Assembly (NCBI RefSeq): GCF_023055435.1
Contig: NW_025963802.1
Coordinates: forward strand, 26,226,001-26,290,000
Direction of reading: 5' to 3'
Source: Haliotis rufescens
Taxonomy: Eukaryota
Length of the DNA stretch: 64,000 bases
Shown in pieces: positions 51,839 through 64,000 of this stretch; position 1 is the first letter of the stretch, and the number at the start of each line of letters is the position of its first letter. Made by a program: the position numbers and the translations under genes. Under the pieces are notes generated by a model. It made no database searches and had not been told where the DNA came from. It saw only the letters and a list, made by a program, of their open reading frames with translations.

Positions 51839-54039
51839 TATATGTATTATGGTCTCAATAACTCCAGGAACATTCATTGTACATTGGATAAAACTTGGTT
51901 CACATCACCCCTAGGGTAAATTGTTGAAGTGGTTAGGTCAGTGGAATGGTCATTCATAGGTAGTTTTGCTTCTTTCTGTATTTAACCAACACCCTCTGTT
52001 TGTATAACATGATTGCAAGAGCTAATACCTATGTTTTCGACCAAAAATAATTGAGTATGTGATTGGCTGAAATTGAAGGTCAAGGTAATTAAATCTGGAG
52101 AACATGTTATTTTCTGTTTTAAGCTGTGTTGCATTAGTCATGTAACAGGAAGTGATATATCGCAACTGGTAGTGCATTACGTTCATATTAATATTGTCAG
52201 AGGCGTAGGACTTTCTGCTTCTGAATATGACATGTATTTTCAACAAACAGAAGTGATATCATTCAACTGGAAATGAGTACAACTTTCTTTTTAAGGTAGC
52301 TGGAGACATAGGGCTTTGTGCAGAAGTGATGTAGTTACCGTGGAAATACCTTAAGGTTCCTCTTTGTTGTCATTAGGTCATCTGGTATAAGGATGTAGTA
52401 GGCATGCATTTCACCAACTTGAAAGTGAAAGTATCACACTGGAAATGCATGGTGGTATGTTGTTATTTCTTGGAACTTCTAGAAATGGCAGAGAGGGAAC
52501 AACTTTTGCTTTTGCAAGTATATGCAAACGCTTTTGGGGCTAATGTATATTTTGTTGTTATACAGTGAAAGAAGCTCTTGTAAAATGTCCAGGTCTGGCA
52601 AGCTCAGGCATCTCAAGACTTTAGTTACCGGTTGAGCCTGTCCCAGTCTTCTTCTAATGAAGACAATGTTAAACCCAACTCACTCACTCTAACCAGGAAG
52701 CTAGTCCTCTGTCACTGGTACAGACGCAATGACTGAATGTCAATCCTGATACAAATCTTGACCTTGTGCAAGCTTTTTGGAAAAGGAGTGGTGCATTTTG
52801 TGAACAGAACGTAGCATGCCAGGGAAAGATGAAAGAAAGTAGTCTGCAGTCAATTAGCATTTGATATAACATGTTTTTTATGTTGAAAACATATTTTCCA
52901 ACTGAACTAGTTGGTGTTAACATTGACATTTGATTTATGTATGTACAACTAAATCATTTGAAGCCATATTAAACTCCATCTCCAGTGATGAAGAGTATAC
53001 ATAGTGATCAACAACCATCAGTTTCAGTCAATGTTCAACATATTCTTTCACCACAATACAGATTTCAGCAAAAGTGAATTAAAAAACATGAAAATTATGA
53101 ATAGCTCATATGCAAACTCCAGCACTTCCTGAATATAAAGTTCTGTGTGAAAAATAGGTTCTTCCTACCAAAAATAAACTGCAATCAAAATAAACTCTAA
53201 AGTAGGATTCAGTGTTTCAGAATGTGAAGAGTTTATTTATCTACCTTCAATGTACCACACAGCAACTGAAATGCATGTTTAAAAGGCGGCCTCAAATAGG
53301 AAAGGGGGAGGTATTGTGGTTTGGTCAGTGGAACGTGGTGGGGGTGTTCACCATACAAGATACTGAGGCTCCACTGACCCACGTTCACACAACACCCGAC
53401 ACGATTGGATATCCACCAATTGGAACGCTGCTAGCAGACTGGTGTGGCACTGATTTCCCCAAATATTGAACCAAAGTAGAATGCAACAAACAAGAAAATG
53501 ATATATTTTTTAAAATGTTGATCATGATGAGGTTTACAGAAGCAAATAGAGTATGTTAATCTGTTAACACTCTTGAAAAGTCAACTGAAGAAACAAATGC
53601 AAATAGTTTATGTACTGTGTCCAGGGTAACTAAAGTTTCTGATTTGCCTTTTGAGGATTTATTTGTTTACTTGTTGTTTAACGCTGCACTCGGAAATATT
53701 ACAGAAGTTTAATGGGAACCTATAGATATGATGGAAGTCTTGACCAGACAAACCAGTGATGTTATAATGAGCAACACTCAATTCTGTCACAGAGCCTGAC
53801 CACCCAATCCATCTTTCATCCCTTTGGACTGACATGTTTCCCTCTGTATAAAAGGTATAAAACAATGACTGGTTGTGCCAAGTGTCAGTATAGTGTCTGA
53901 GTGAGGTTTTCGTGTAAACTGCATGGGTGGTAAACTCATCCGGCTAGCACTTCATAACTGGTATTATTCCAGGCTACTACATGCTTACACTCCCAACCTA
54001 CCTTATGCTGCTGCCTAACACCAGACCCCATACAGCTTA

Positions 54040-54230
54040 CACTAGAACTGACCACTGAAGATCCCGGTCTTCAGCCACCTATGCTTGTGGTAAGAGGTGA
54101 CTGATGGGATCGGGTGGTCAGACTCGCTGACTTTGTTGATGCATGTCATCGTATCCCAGTTGCATTGATCGATGCTCATATAAATCATTGGATTTATGGT
54201 CTCAATTAATACGTGTGTACTGACCACCAT
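54040..54230 (-). mobile_element. SINE-like dispersed repeat (same family as 15161)
   Basis: GAAGATCCCGG..GGGATCGGGTGGTCAGACTCGCTGACTT..CATGTCATCGTATCCCA. Confidence 0.7.
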
Positions 54231-54660
54231 CACCTGTTTTGAGTATCATTACTATTGGGGATAAATAATGTATGAGGTGTAAGTCACCCGCGGCATTCAT
54301 ATTGACACTGTCACTGTAAAAGGACCAACAATACTAACTCTGCGCTAAGGTATTCGGTGGAAAGTCCTGCTAGAGGTAATGTCTCCAAAGAGATGGTATT
54401 GTGTTTCGAGGGACATTTAAATGTCTGGCAACTTAGTTTTGCTCCAATCCTGTTTGTAGCATATCCATGGCGCGCAGATATGGACTTAATTAGCTTATTG
54501 TTGATATAAATGTATTAAAAAAATTGATTAAAACATTGTTTATAAATTATATATCGTGGGCATTTGTTCTTTTGTTACACCTCAATGACAAAAGCCTCCG
54601 CAGATACTACATGGGAACTACGCAGAAAGTGTGTCACGTTCGAAGTTTCATTCATTACTA

Positions 54661-56104
54661 AACTAAGCGGCAAAAGAAAGTATAGGTTGGCAATTTGTAA
54701 TTATCCTAAAAACAGCGATAACTAGTGGAAAGTGGGTATTGGGAATATGACTGCCCAGGAACAGGTACCAAAAAACACCACCCGAACGCGCCACCTTTGA
54801 CGGCGCTCGTGCGGTGACAAAAAAATGGTGAAACAGATTTCCCGCCTATGGCATAAACTGCACGTGCATGTTAGCTGTATAAATGCGTTCGTCTGCTGGG
54901 TATAACCACACGTGATGAACGCACACAAAAGAAATGCCACGACTGTCACAGGAGCAGAGAGAGCCATCGGTATGGCCGAAATGGGGGCAACACAGGTCCA
55001 AATTGCCAGAAGGTTTGGTTATACACCACTGACAGTAGCCAGGCTGATTCAACGGTACAGGCAGACAGGGAGGACACAGGACAGGTCTAGAACCGGTCGA
55101 CCCCGAATGACAACACCACTGGAAGACGGTCAGATACGGCTCATTCACCTACGAACAGATTCGTAACGGCGACGGCGACGGCGACGGCGACGGCAGCAAC
55201 AGCGTTGGGACACCCCATAAGCCAACGTACAGTACTACGATGACTTTGTGCTGCTGGAATCCGAGCGTATCGTCCTTTCCGAGGAATGGTACTGACTGCT
55301 CAACATCGACGCCTAAGACTGCGATGGGCGAGGCAGGTTCGACGCTGGCAAGTGAGAAATTGGCGTCGAGTGCTGTTTACTGATGAAAGTCGGTTTAACT
55401 TGTTTCGAAATGACGTCAGAGAACGAGTTTATCGTCGAGGGGAACATTTGGCTCCGGCGTGTATTCGAGAGTCCATCCATTCGGCGGGGGAGGTGTCATG
55501 GTGTGGGGCGGTATTTGTGGAGATCAGACGACTGATTTAGTGATTATACAGGGAAACCTGAACGCTATGCAGTACAGAGATCAAGTAAAGCATCCAGTTG
55601 TGCTTCCGTTCTTACAAAACCAACACCAGGTTGAATATGAATCCTATCGAACAACTGTGGGACCATCTTGACAGACAGATTAGAGCTCGCCATCAGCCTC
55701 CAGTCAACAGACAAGAATTGCAGCAGGCCCTGATAGACGAGTGGCAACAGATTCCAGTCCATGTCATCAGAAGACTGACGTCATCGATGAGGCGGCTTAT
55801 CACAGCATGCATTGAGGCAGCTGGAGGTCATACACGCTATTGAAGGCAACTGTGTCGACAATGAACTTGTAGTGTGTCTGGCAATTTTTTAGTGACATTT
55901 CAGACAACTTTTGAAAATGAAATTTCTTACCCCACCATTGTTTACGTTGAGCTTACATTACCTGTGATTGCACAATTTCATTCAAACTGTGGTTGATCAA
56001 TCATTTGTTACCCCTTCCTAGATTATTTTATAATTAACAACAAAACCTTGATATTTTTGTATCGACCATGGAACTCGACCTATACTTTCTTTTGCCGCCC
56101 AGTT
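54661..56104 (+). mobile_element. Near-full-length decayed Tc1 element
   Basis: TIR AACTAAGCGGCAAAAGAAAGTATAGG (24/26 match to the right end) with TA flanks; RTGRPRMTT, VLFTDESRF, GVMVWGGI, NPIEQLWD and GGHTRY motifs; frameshifts. Confidence 0.95.
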
Positions 56105-56888
56105 TATATCTACTACAGCTGGCTTCCGTGTGTGAATGCGAGTAATACTTGTCGCCTCAGTTCTCAGCTTCATAATGTTTTACACAAGTAGTATGTTTAA
56201 ATTTGTTGTATGGAAGCATACGCATAGGATGACGAATACTTGTTATTCGTCAATCAGCAACTCCAATAAGTCAAACAACTTTGTAGTGTCTATGCATCAT
56301 CGTATTCTTGGACACCGCATGTACACAGGAAAGCTGTTGAGTACAGTCAGTCTCCAGTAAATGCAAAGTCAATTTGTTTCACCATTACCTTATATACAAT
56401 TATGTATGCGGCTATATCGGTGACAGATTTCAAAACGCATGTTTGGTGTAACCCAGCCAGTGTCCCCCATCCCTCTTGTATAACGAATACTTTAATGTTT
56501 CGCCTTGAGATCTAACGTTATAACATTTCGGGGCACGATCATCATCTAATACACAATAGATATTTCCTGGATATATTATATATACTCACCACAAAAAGAA
56601 ACGCGAACCATAGACATGTGTAGACATGTATCTACGTTAAGAAGAGATGTTGCCAGTGTGTACCAATTAATGACAAAACTATCAGTCAAGTGTCACCACA
56701 GAATGACTATTATTATCACGATATGATGCACGTGACTTCAAACTTTACTCGCTAGTCCTGCACGAGACCAGTGGTGCATCTCGAGTCATGGATCTATGAC
56801 GTCACAACAGAAGAAGAAAATATTTCATTCATATGTCACATGTTGTATGTGTACATAATATTAGACATACAAACTTGCATAACATATA

Positions 56889-58369
56889 CTGAACCGCAAA
56901 AGAAACGTCATCCCAAGTAACAATGCATGAAAAGTTGTCGTTCATCTATCTGGGTAATTTTTGTCAAAGTTTCTAAAATTTAACATTACCTCGTCCGGAA
57001 AAATTAAATTTGATGATACAAAATCAAAGCAGATGACAATAAAACCTATCGCCCAAACGCATCACGGCAACGGCCATGGTAACCCAATGCACGTGAGTTC
57101 CGTGCTAATTCAAATGCACATGCGTTCCCCCATTTCTCGCCCTATACAAATCCACCCAGATCGGATAACATTCATTCGTTATTGAAATGCTAACACCAAG
57201 TTTGACAAGAAATCAGCGACACCAAGCCATTGGACGATTGTAAGCTGGACAAACCGCCCGGCAAGTAGCCAATGCATTTCTAGTCCACGTAAGGACCTTA
57301 TACAGGCTCCAGCAACGGTGCCAGACCACCAACACTACAGATGACCGACCACGTATTTGAAGACCAAGGGTCACCAAACGACCTCAGGATTGTGCGACAG
57401 CATCTTCAAGATCGCTTTGTTACTGCAGCGGTAACTGCTCGACGGACCATGGGGACTCACAAGCGACACATTAGTGCGGACATCTCCACTGTGACAGGCC
57501 ACACCGAGGACCCATTCTGACACCACGTCATCGTCGGAACCGTCTTCAGTGGGAAACACAGCACCAGCATTGGCGCCACCAACAGTGGAGAAGAGTCCTC
57601 TTCTCCGACGAGAGCCTTTATTGTATCTCAACAGCAGATGTCAGAGAGAGAGAGAGAGCGTAGTCGACGCCGTGGGGAACGTTATTCGGATGCTTGTGTT
57701 GTTGAGAGAGACTCGTTGGGTGGTCCGAGCATCATGGTGTAGGGTTGAATTGGTCTTGCACAGAGGGTCGGCCCTGTAGTCTTCCAGAACATCGGTCCAG
57801 GGAGAGGCAATGGTATCACAGCAGCTCGGTACATTGATTAAGTGACCACACGCCATACCTCATTTGGCGCGGCGCCGCAACCACGAGTTTCAGCACGATA
57901 ACGCCCGTGCCCACACTACGAGAGCAACAAGAGACTTCCGCCAACAGAATGGCATCAGAACCATGCAGTGGCCTGCCCTCAGTCCCGATTTAAATCCCAC
58001 TGAGCACCTGTGGGACGAGATTCAAAGACGGCCGAATAACGTCCGACCAAGGCCGACAACTGCAGATGAACTGCGTCAGGCGTTCCTCAGAGTGTGGGCT
58101 CATCAACCGCCTAAACCATTCCATGTATCGACGTCGCACGTCAGTCATCAATGCACATGGCGGACACACGAGATACTGACTTGTGATGCCATTTTCTCAG
58201 AGACTAGTGTTGTGTTTCACTTTAAGAACATTTGACACATTAATTTCATCGTTGATGATCAGTTTTGCTAAGTTTCATCTTTACAATATTTCTCAAAGTA
58301 TGTTTACAGTGTTTGGACAAATAAGGTTTCTCATATATCTATCCATAGTGACGTTTCTTTTGCGGTACA
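56889..58369 (+). mobile_element. Decayed Tc1 element with TIRs
   Basis: TIR ACCGCAAAAGAAACGTCA / TGACGTTTCTTTTGCGGT; FQHDNARAH and WPALSPDLNPTEHLWD motifs. Confidence 0.93.
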
Positions 58370-58516
58370 ACATCAGGCAATTAAAGGCCTATGAGACACA
58401 ATGAACAATGAGAAACATTATTTATATAATAGAAATACAACTTACAGGATTGCGAAACCCAATAAAAAAGTTTTATAACTTTAAATTATGAAATGTTGCC
58501 TACGTGCAAACATTTT

Positions 58517-58809
58517 TTAAATAAGTGCGGCAAGAGGTTTTACATACGTGTTACAATTCATTAAGAACCCTGTCTGGTCCACAGAAGAGCATGAAATAAA
58601 TGTAGGATCAGACTTTATAATTCTCAAACATAAATCATATCTTAAGTCAGAATAAAATGGACAATTAATGTGAAAATGTATCTCATCTTCTACAGCGTTA
58701 TTATTACATAATTTACAAATTCTATCCTGTAAAGGTGTGATAGGTTTAGCAAATCTACCAAATTCAACTTGTAAGGGTAATGTGCCGCAGCGTAACTTGC
58801 TAAGGATAC
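58517..58809 (-). mobile_element. Non-LTR retrotransposon (RTEX/CR1-like) ORF2 C-terminal fragment, part 2
   Basis: ILSKLRCGTLPLQVEFGRF..RICKLC..VEDEIHF..CPFYSDLR (CCHC motif). Confidence 0.85.
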
Positions 58810-61382
58810 TATCATGGAACTGTTCTGGGTGAACAATACCTTCCAAATGACGTGCTGGTTTTCTTGGGGAATTAGTCAGCAAAGAGCCAGAGTCACAGGA
58901 GACTAATCACAATTTTATTTACAAGAACAATTAACAATTTACAATATACTTAGATAATAACTGAGGGTGCCACAGAGAGTCGGTACACACTCTGGGCTGT
59001 GGGAGAGAGGTCTGCTTGGTAAGAGAGTCAAACCCCTTCTCTCTTTCTCTCTGGACCAAGGCTTATATAGCCAAGGTCACCTGACATGTAGTAAGTAATA
59101 AATATAAATGTAAACAGTAAATCATCAGTGACATACTTGCACATCCTGTTCAGGATGGCAGACGGTTGATGTACACAAAAATGGGGATTAACAAATAGGA
59201 TTAGCATCTAATAAATAACAGCAATTAAATGTTTCAAGGCATATAGATGTCATGGCTCCAGGGTAATGAGCCTTTGCAATCAAATGTTCTTTAGACAATG
59301 GGTGTCGTAAATCAGTCACCATGACAACTTCCCTCCGTTACGTGAAGCTTGGACCCCAAGCTTATATGAGTCCAAATTGATATGTGTGAGTTTTTTTCAC
59401 CAACGAAAACAACCATGCAAATGTGATCAAAATCAGTTATATGAAATCCTTATGCAACAAATATATCTATGCAATGACGGTATGAAAGTGATCATCTAGC
59501 CAATTTGAATTAGTGCCAGTTTGAAAACTAACCAAGTGATCTTTGTAATGTGCAATTTCACTACAAGGTAATTACTGCTTTGCACAGATTCAATAAATAT
59601 ATCACTGAAGGTTCTTTGAATTCAGGAGTCTGGCTTGGCGGTGCGACTCAGTACCCAATAATGATAATGATTAATGTCATAAAAAGTACAAATTAAACAT
59701 CTCAGCAAATATTTTGCATAGAGAAATTTGAAACCAGGAGTCTAGCTTTACCGCGTGACTCAAACGGTACTTGTGGGTACTATTGCCCTTTTAAGTACAA
59801 TGGGTGCTCTTCCCGTGTCTTTGACGGAGCTTGCCCGGATATTGTGGGTGCGATGCCCAAGAAAAAAAATCCTTAATTCCGACATCAAAATTCTGAAATG
59901 CTGAATACTGCTGTGCTGTTAATTACTTAATACTGACATACAATAAACATATGTGTAGGGGTGGCTCACCCAAGAATATCCCTAATCTGAATTCAAAGTC
60001 CTAGACAATACATTCAATTTTGCAACAAAATGTGCACATTAATTACTTGTAACAAATGACAAATTTTGTCGTTTAGATTTTTAAAATTACGAGTCGAGCT
60101 TAGAGGTGTGACTCGATAACCCTACAGCTTAGGTTTGTCTGGGCCCTAGCTGCAACTATATGTCTGGCGTGGCCTGGAGACATTTCAAAGATTCCCTACA
60201 CAATAACTTCAAAAATCTAGCTGACTAAAGATGTAATTTGGAGTATATTGCACACATACAAAACTGAACTTTGGAAAGACACATTTTGGCATTAATATAC
60301 TGGCTTTGATTAACATACCTGGTTGCACTACTATTCAACAGTCACACAATATATATCCTTGATTGAGTCCATGTAAGTAAACACAAATTAGTAAGTCCCA
60401 ATGAGATATCTTGTACACAGTGTCCATCTTGTAGGTGCCCGTGAGGCGGTTTCTGTATTGTGCAGGGTCTGCATGAAGATGGCTGTGGACGGGTCTCTGT
60501 GGGATAGGCGTGTATACTTCTTTTCTTAGGTCATGTGGAGGAACGACATCTTGAAGGGGAAGTCTTAGCAGTGTTGCTAAGATATTCGAGCAGGGAAGGT
60601 TTGGGATCTGAGAACTTGTTCTTGATCAGAGAGGTTCTTGTTCTTTCTTCAATCTTGTTAAAGGCCATTTCTTCGTTCTTGGTGATTGGCCCCCAGGAAG
60701 GTAGTATATCCTTTTAATAAGAGACTGTCACTTCCTACAGTTTTGTGAACCATAAGCCATGCTGCAAAGAGGTACAGGAAAGGGCAGACTAAGAAGTCTG
60801 TCATACCCGATAGCTCCACCAAATTAACAACGCGTGTCGGTCTGACGTTGATTAATCAACAATTTGCATACTCGTATATGCAAGGAGCCGACGTATGGTT
60901 CCTGTAGGAAGTGACAACTTGGAGACGATGGCTTGCGGTATATACAGTTTTACTTTATACATGTAGATATATACATACAAAAGACACTTTGTGCCAGGTC
61001 AGCACATAGTGGTTGTGGTTGTTGTCTTGGTGCCCCGGAGCACCCAGCCTAACCCTAGCTAGGCTAAGGGTAAGACCTTTCTTTTCCTCCTTCTCTCTTT
61101 CTCTCTCTGGACCAAGGCTTATATAGCCAAGGTCACCTGACATTTAGTAAGTAATAAATATAAATGTAAACAGTAAATCATCAGTGACATACTTGCACAT
61201 CCTGTTCAGGATGGCAGACGGTTGATGTACACAAAAATGGGGATTAACAAATAGGATTAGCATCTAATAAATAACAGCAATTAAATGTTTCAAGGCATAT
61301 AGATGTCATGGCTCCAGGGTAATGAGCCTTTGCAATTAAATGTTCTTTAGACAATGGGTGTCGTAAATCAGTCACCATGACA
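58810..61382 (-). mobile_element. Non-autonomous LTR retroelement inserted in the LINE; its LTRs are only partly identical
   Basis: Minus-strand termini TGTCATGG..CCATGATA; 4-bp TSD ATAC (58806-58809, 61383-61386); direct repeats 59035-59326 and 61089-61382; PPT GGAGGGAAGT (59327-59336); tRNA-Ala-type PBS TGGTGGAG (~60802-60821). Confidence 0.88.
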
Positions 61383-61570
61383 ATACTACGATGAGACCTG
61401 TTCATAATACATGTAACATAGGGTTCAGCTGACAGCGAATGTTTGAACAATCGATAAGTAGGAAGCTTATTTCCATTTTGTAAACCTCTATCAATCCACA
61501 ATTCTGAATACCAATTATCCTCATCTAACGCTAATAACTTATATTTTAAACGGGTAAAATCGGACTGGGT
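61383..61570 (-). mobile_element. Non-LTR retrotransposon ORF2 fragment, part 1
   Basis: NKLPTYRLFKHSLSAEPYVTCIMNRSHRS continues into ILSKLRCG at 58809 once the LTR insertion is removed. Confidence 0.85.
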
Positions 61571-63697
61571 TAAATGCATTAAAAGCAAAGAAGAGGAGCG
61601 TCCACAACAAAAATATACGATATACAACGAATTTTTCCTCATCTATCACAGCATCATTCGACACTGACAACGCCATAAACTGGGCACGGTTATTTGCGCA
61701 CCGATCAGATAACTCCTACCGACAGGGTGGAGTGGTGGTTCAAAGCGAAACGGACAACACTGTCTTTTGCCTAATAAATGCTTGACGGCACCTTCGATCT
61801 TGCCTTCCACTATGCATGTAGTAGAAGTAAACGATGACCTGGAAATCAACAAGATTCTTTTTTGTTGCATGTCAAAGCACCAATTCATTTGTCATGAGTT
61901 GTTTTGTGAATGTGTGCTGAGCGTATTCACAATTAACTATGATATTTCATGTCTACCAAAATATACACAATAGGTATTTGTCCAGAGCAAATATTTATTA
62001 ACGTTTATTCTCGATGTTGTGGCAGATATTGAACATCATGACAGCGTCAGCAGGGCTTATAGAGGTCATAAGGCATAACTTTATTTGCTTTTCTGGCCAC
62101 AGACAGTGGCATATGAAGATCATACACAAATATATTTGAGTTCCATGGCAGGAGGGTAGATTATTTATACAGCAATACAGTGTATATATATGGTTCAATA
62201 TAGCAAAACGTAAACAGATTTTAACACACTTATTTTTGTACAATTAAGCAAAATGTGTTACTGTCATTTACTCCAACGTTTTAACTGCCAATCGTCTCAA
62301 CAGGATCATAACTTTGGTTATTTATCGACTCCCTGGCTCTGTTTTTAGTTGTTAATTTTTAACATTCATTATAGTGCGGTCCAAATTTATGGGCTTATTC
62401 ATCTATTGCTTCAAGCTTGACTGATTTGTTTACACACTAAAATATCTAATTCCTTACGAACTACCGAGGTATTCAAGCACCTGTAATATTAGTAAATATG
62501 CATGTCAAGTTTAGTACAACAAACTGGTAATAATTTCGTCCCAATATAGCAATAATTGCTGGTGTGACATAACAGTTAAACTCACTCACAGACACTATAT
62601 ATTTCGCGAGAATGTAGGACCATTCCCCGCTCGGACAATAACCTACAGTGACACTTCGCCACCTGGACTGCACGTCTTCTTGATCGGATTCAACACTAAA
62701 CTGAATAGGAATAGGAATAGTACGCTCTGTGATTATGATATTTGTACATAACCAGAGACCTGAAACGTCTGGTTTTAATATTATAGTAATATATGTAATT
62801 GCGTCGCTTATAACATTTACCCATGACAATATTTAATGAATATTTGACAAATGATAACAATAATGAATCACTGGCTATAAGTTATGAAGAAAACCTTTTT
62901 CATTATTTATTAATGGAGAACTGTCGAAGTGTGTTAAATGCATTTATGGCCTTGTCTTGAGCATATTACTTACCAGAACTGTTGTCGAATGAACCCTTTA
63001 AACTCAGTTTATCATGTTTAACTGGTTCAATATGTTTTTTTACATTCACATAATTACCCATACGTTTGTGCCCAAAGATATCTAATTAGTTTAACAAACA
63101 TGTATTTATTGAATTGCTTGTTATTTTGTCTGAGCCATTATCTATTATGTTCATAATTTCCCCGGCCTTAGGTAATTCACAGAGCGAAATTGTACAGTAG
63201 AATCATAATAGATGACACGTGATGTATTCATTGGAAACATGTGCCATCAAAGCGGGTAAGCAATTGCTGAGCATCGTGATGATGTGCATAATGGGTGGGG
63301 GACACCGCTTCCTCATCAGTCAAACTTTGAAAATGTTGCTGATGAGGTGACGAAAACATTCCTTGTCTCTATCACGTTTGTCTCATGTGTCATCGGAGTT
63401 GTCACATGAGGTGTTTGTACCACTCAGGATGGCAAAAGTGTGTTTGTTTAAGAGTCACAAGTAAGTAAGTCGGGATATCAGCGATGAACATTTCGTAATA
63501 CACAGTATTACAGCAGTTAACACGCACAAATAGCTTAAAGTTAATAATGATATTCATTCCCAATCTCCGGAGAGTAGACAACCCAATTTATCGGGTAGCT
63601 GGGGAACCTTAGTCCAAGAAACTCTCAAGAGCCAAGCTGCCGAACTCCAAGTCACTCATTTTGTGACGTCGGGCTTCACTCATTCACTCACACATAA

Positions 63698-63857
63698 GTG
63701 AGTATGGTTTTACGCCGCTTTTAGCAATATTCCAGCAATATCACGGCGGGGGACGCCAGAAATGGGCTTCACACGTTGTACCCATGTCGGGAATCGAATC
63801 CGAGTCTTCGTCATGACGAGCGAACGCTTAAACCACTAGGCTACCCGAGAGCCCCTG
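63698..63857 (-). mobile_element. Full-length tRNA-derived SINE with TSD
   Basis: A-box TAGCCTAGTGG, B-box GATTCGATTCC, ACTCAC tail; 12-bp TSD ACTCACACATAA (63686-63697, 63858-63869). Confidence 0.9.
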
Positions 63858-63949
63858 ACTCACACATAAAGCGGGTATACTGTTCAAAGCGTCATTAAAC
63901 CCTCACATATTTATCATGATCCAAATGCACCCCTACATTGTGAAAGACA

Positions 63950-64000
63950 GGGTGGTACAGGGTGTCGGTGTAAGACTGGGTGGTACAGGGTGTCGGTGTA
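63950..64000. repeat. Start of a 28-bp tandem repeat running off the window
   Basis: GGGTGGTACAGGGTGTCGGTGTA occurs twice with a 28-bp period. Confidence 0.7.

Overview
Eukaryotic (animal) genomic DNA, AT-rich and repeat-dense. The SINE families and Helentron-type elements suggest a gastropod mollusc such as abalone (inference). Two host genes are divergently arranged. (1) A complete six-exon THOC3 (TEX1, WD40 subunit of THO/TREX) on + at 28682-49301: 954-nt CDS, 317 aa, all GT-AG junctions phase-consistent. (2) The 5' part of FANK1 on -, with the FN3 exon at 8262-8433 and a probable ATG exon at 20058-20091; later exons appear to lie left of the window. The FANK1 introns hold about 12 kb of minisatellites (51, 41, 68 and 26 bp units), which produce most of the long but spurious ORFs. 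The rest is a nest of mobile elements: several decayed Tc1/mariner copies, a decayed DIRS1 retrotransposon interrupted by a Helentron-type element carrying a ~172-bp satellite, three copies of a 9-bp-TSD MITE, hAT and pogo-type MITEs, Penelope and LINE fragments, and tRNA-derived SINEs. The most unusual observations are: an LTR element whose two LTRs share only U3 and have unrelated U5 halves; a 161-bp solo-LTR-like element built around a tRNA-Arg-like sequence; reiterated copies of exon 3' ends plus splice donors inside introns of both genes; and a doubly palindromic 41-bp array with higher-order structure.
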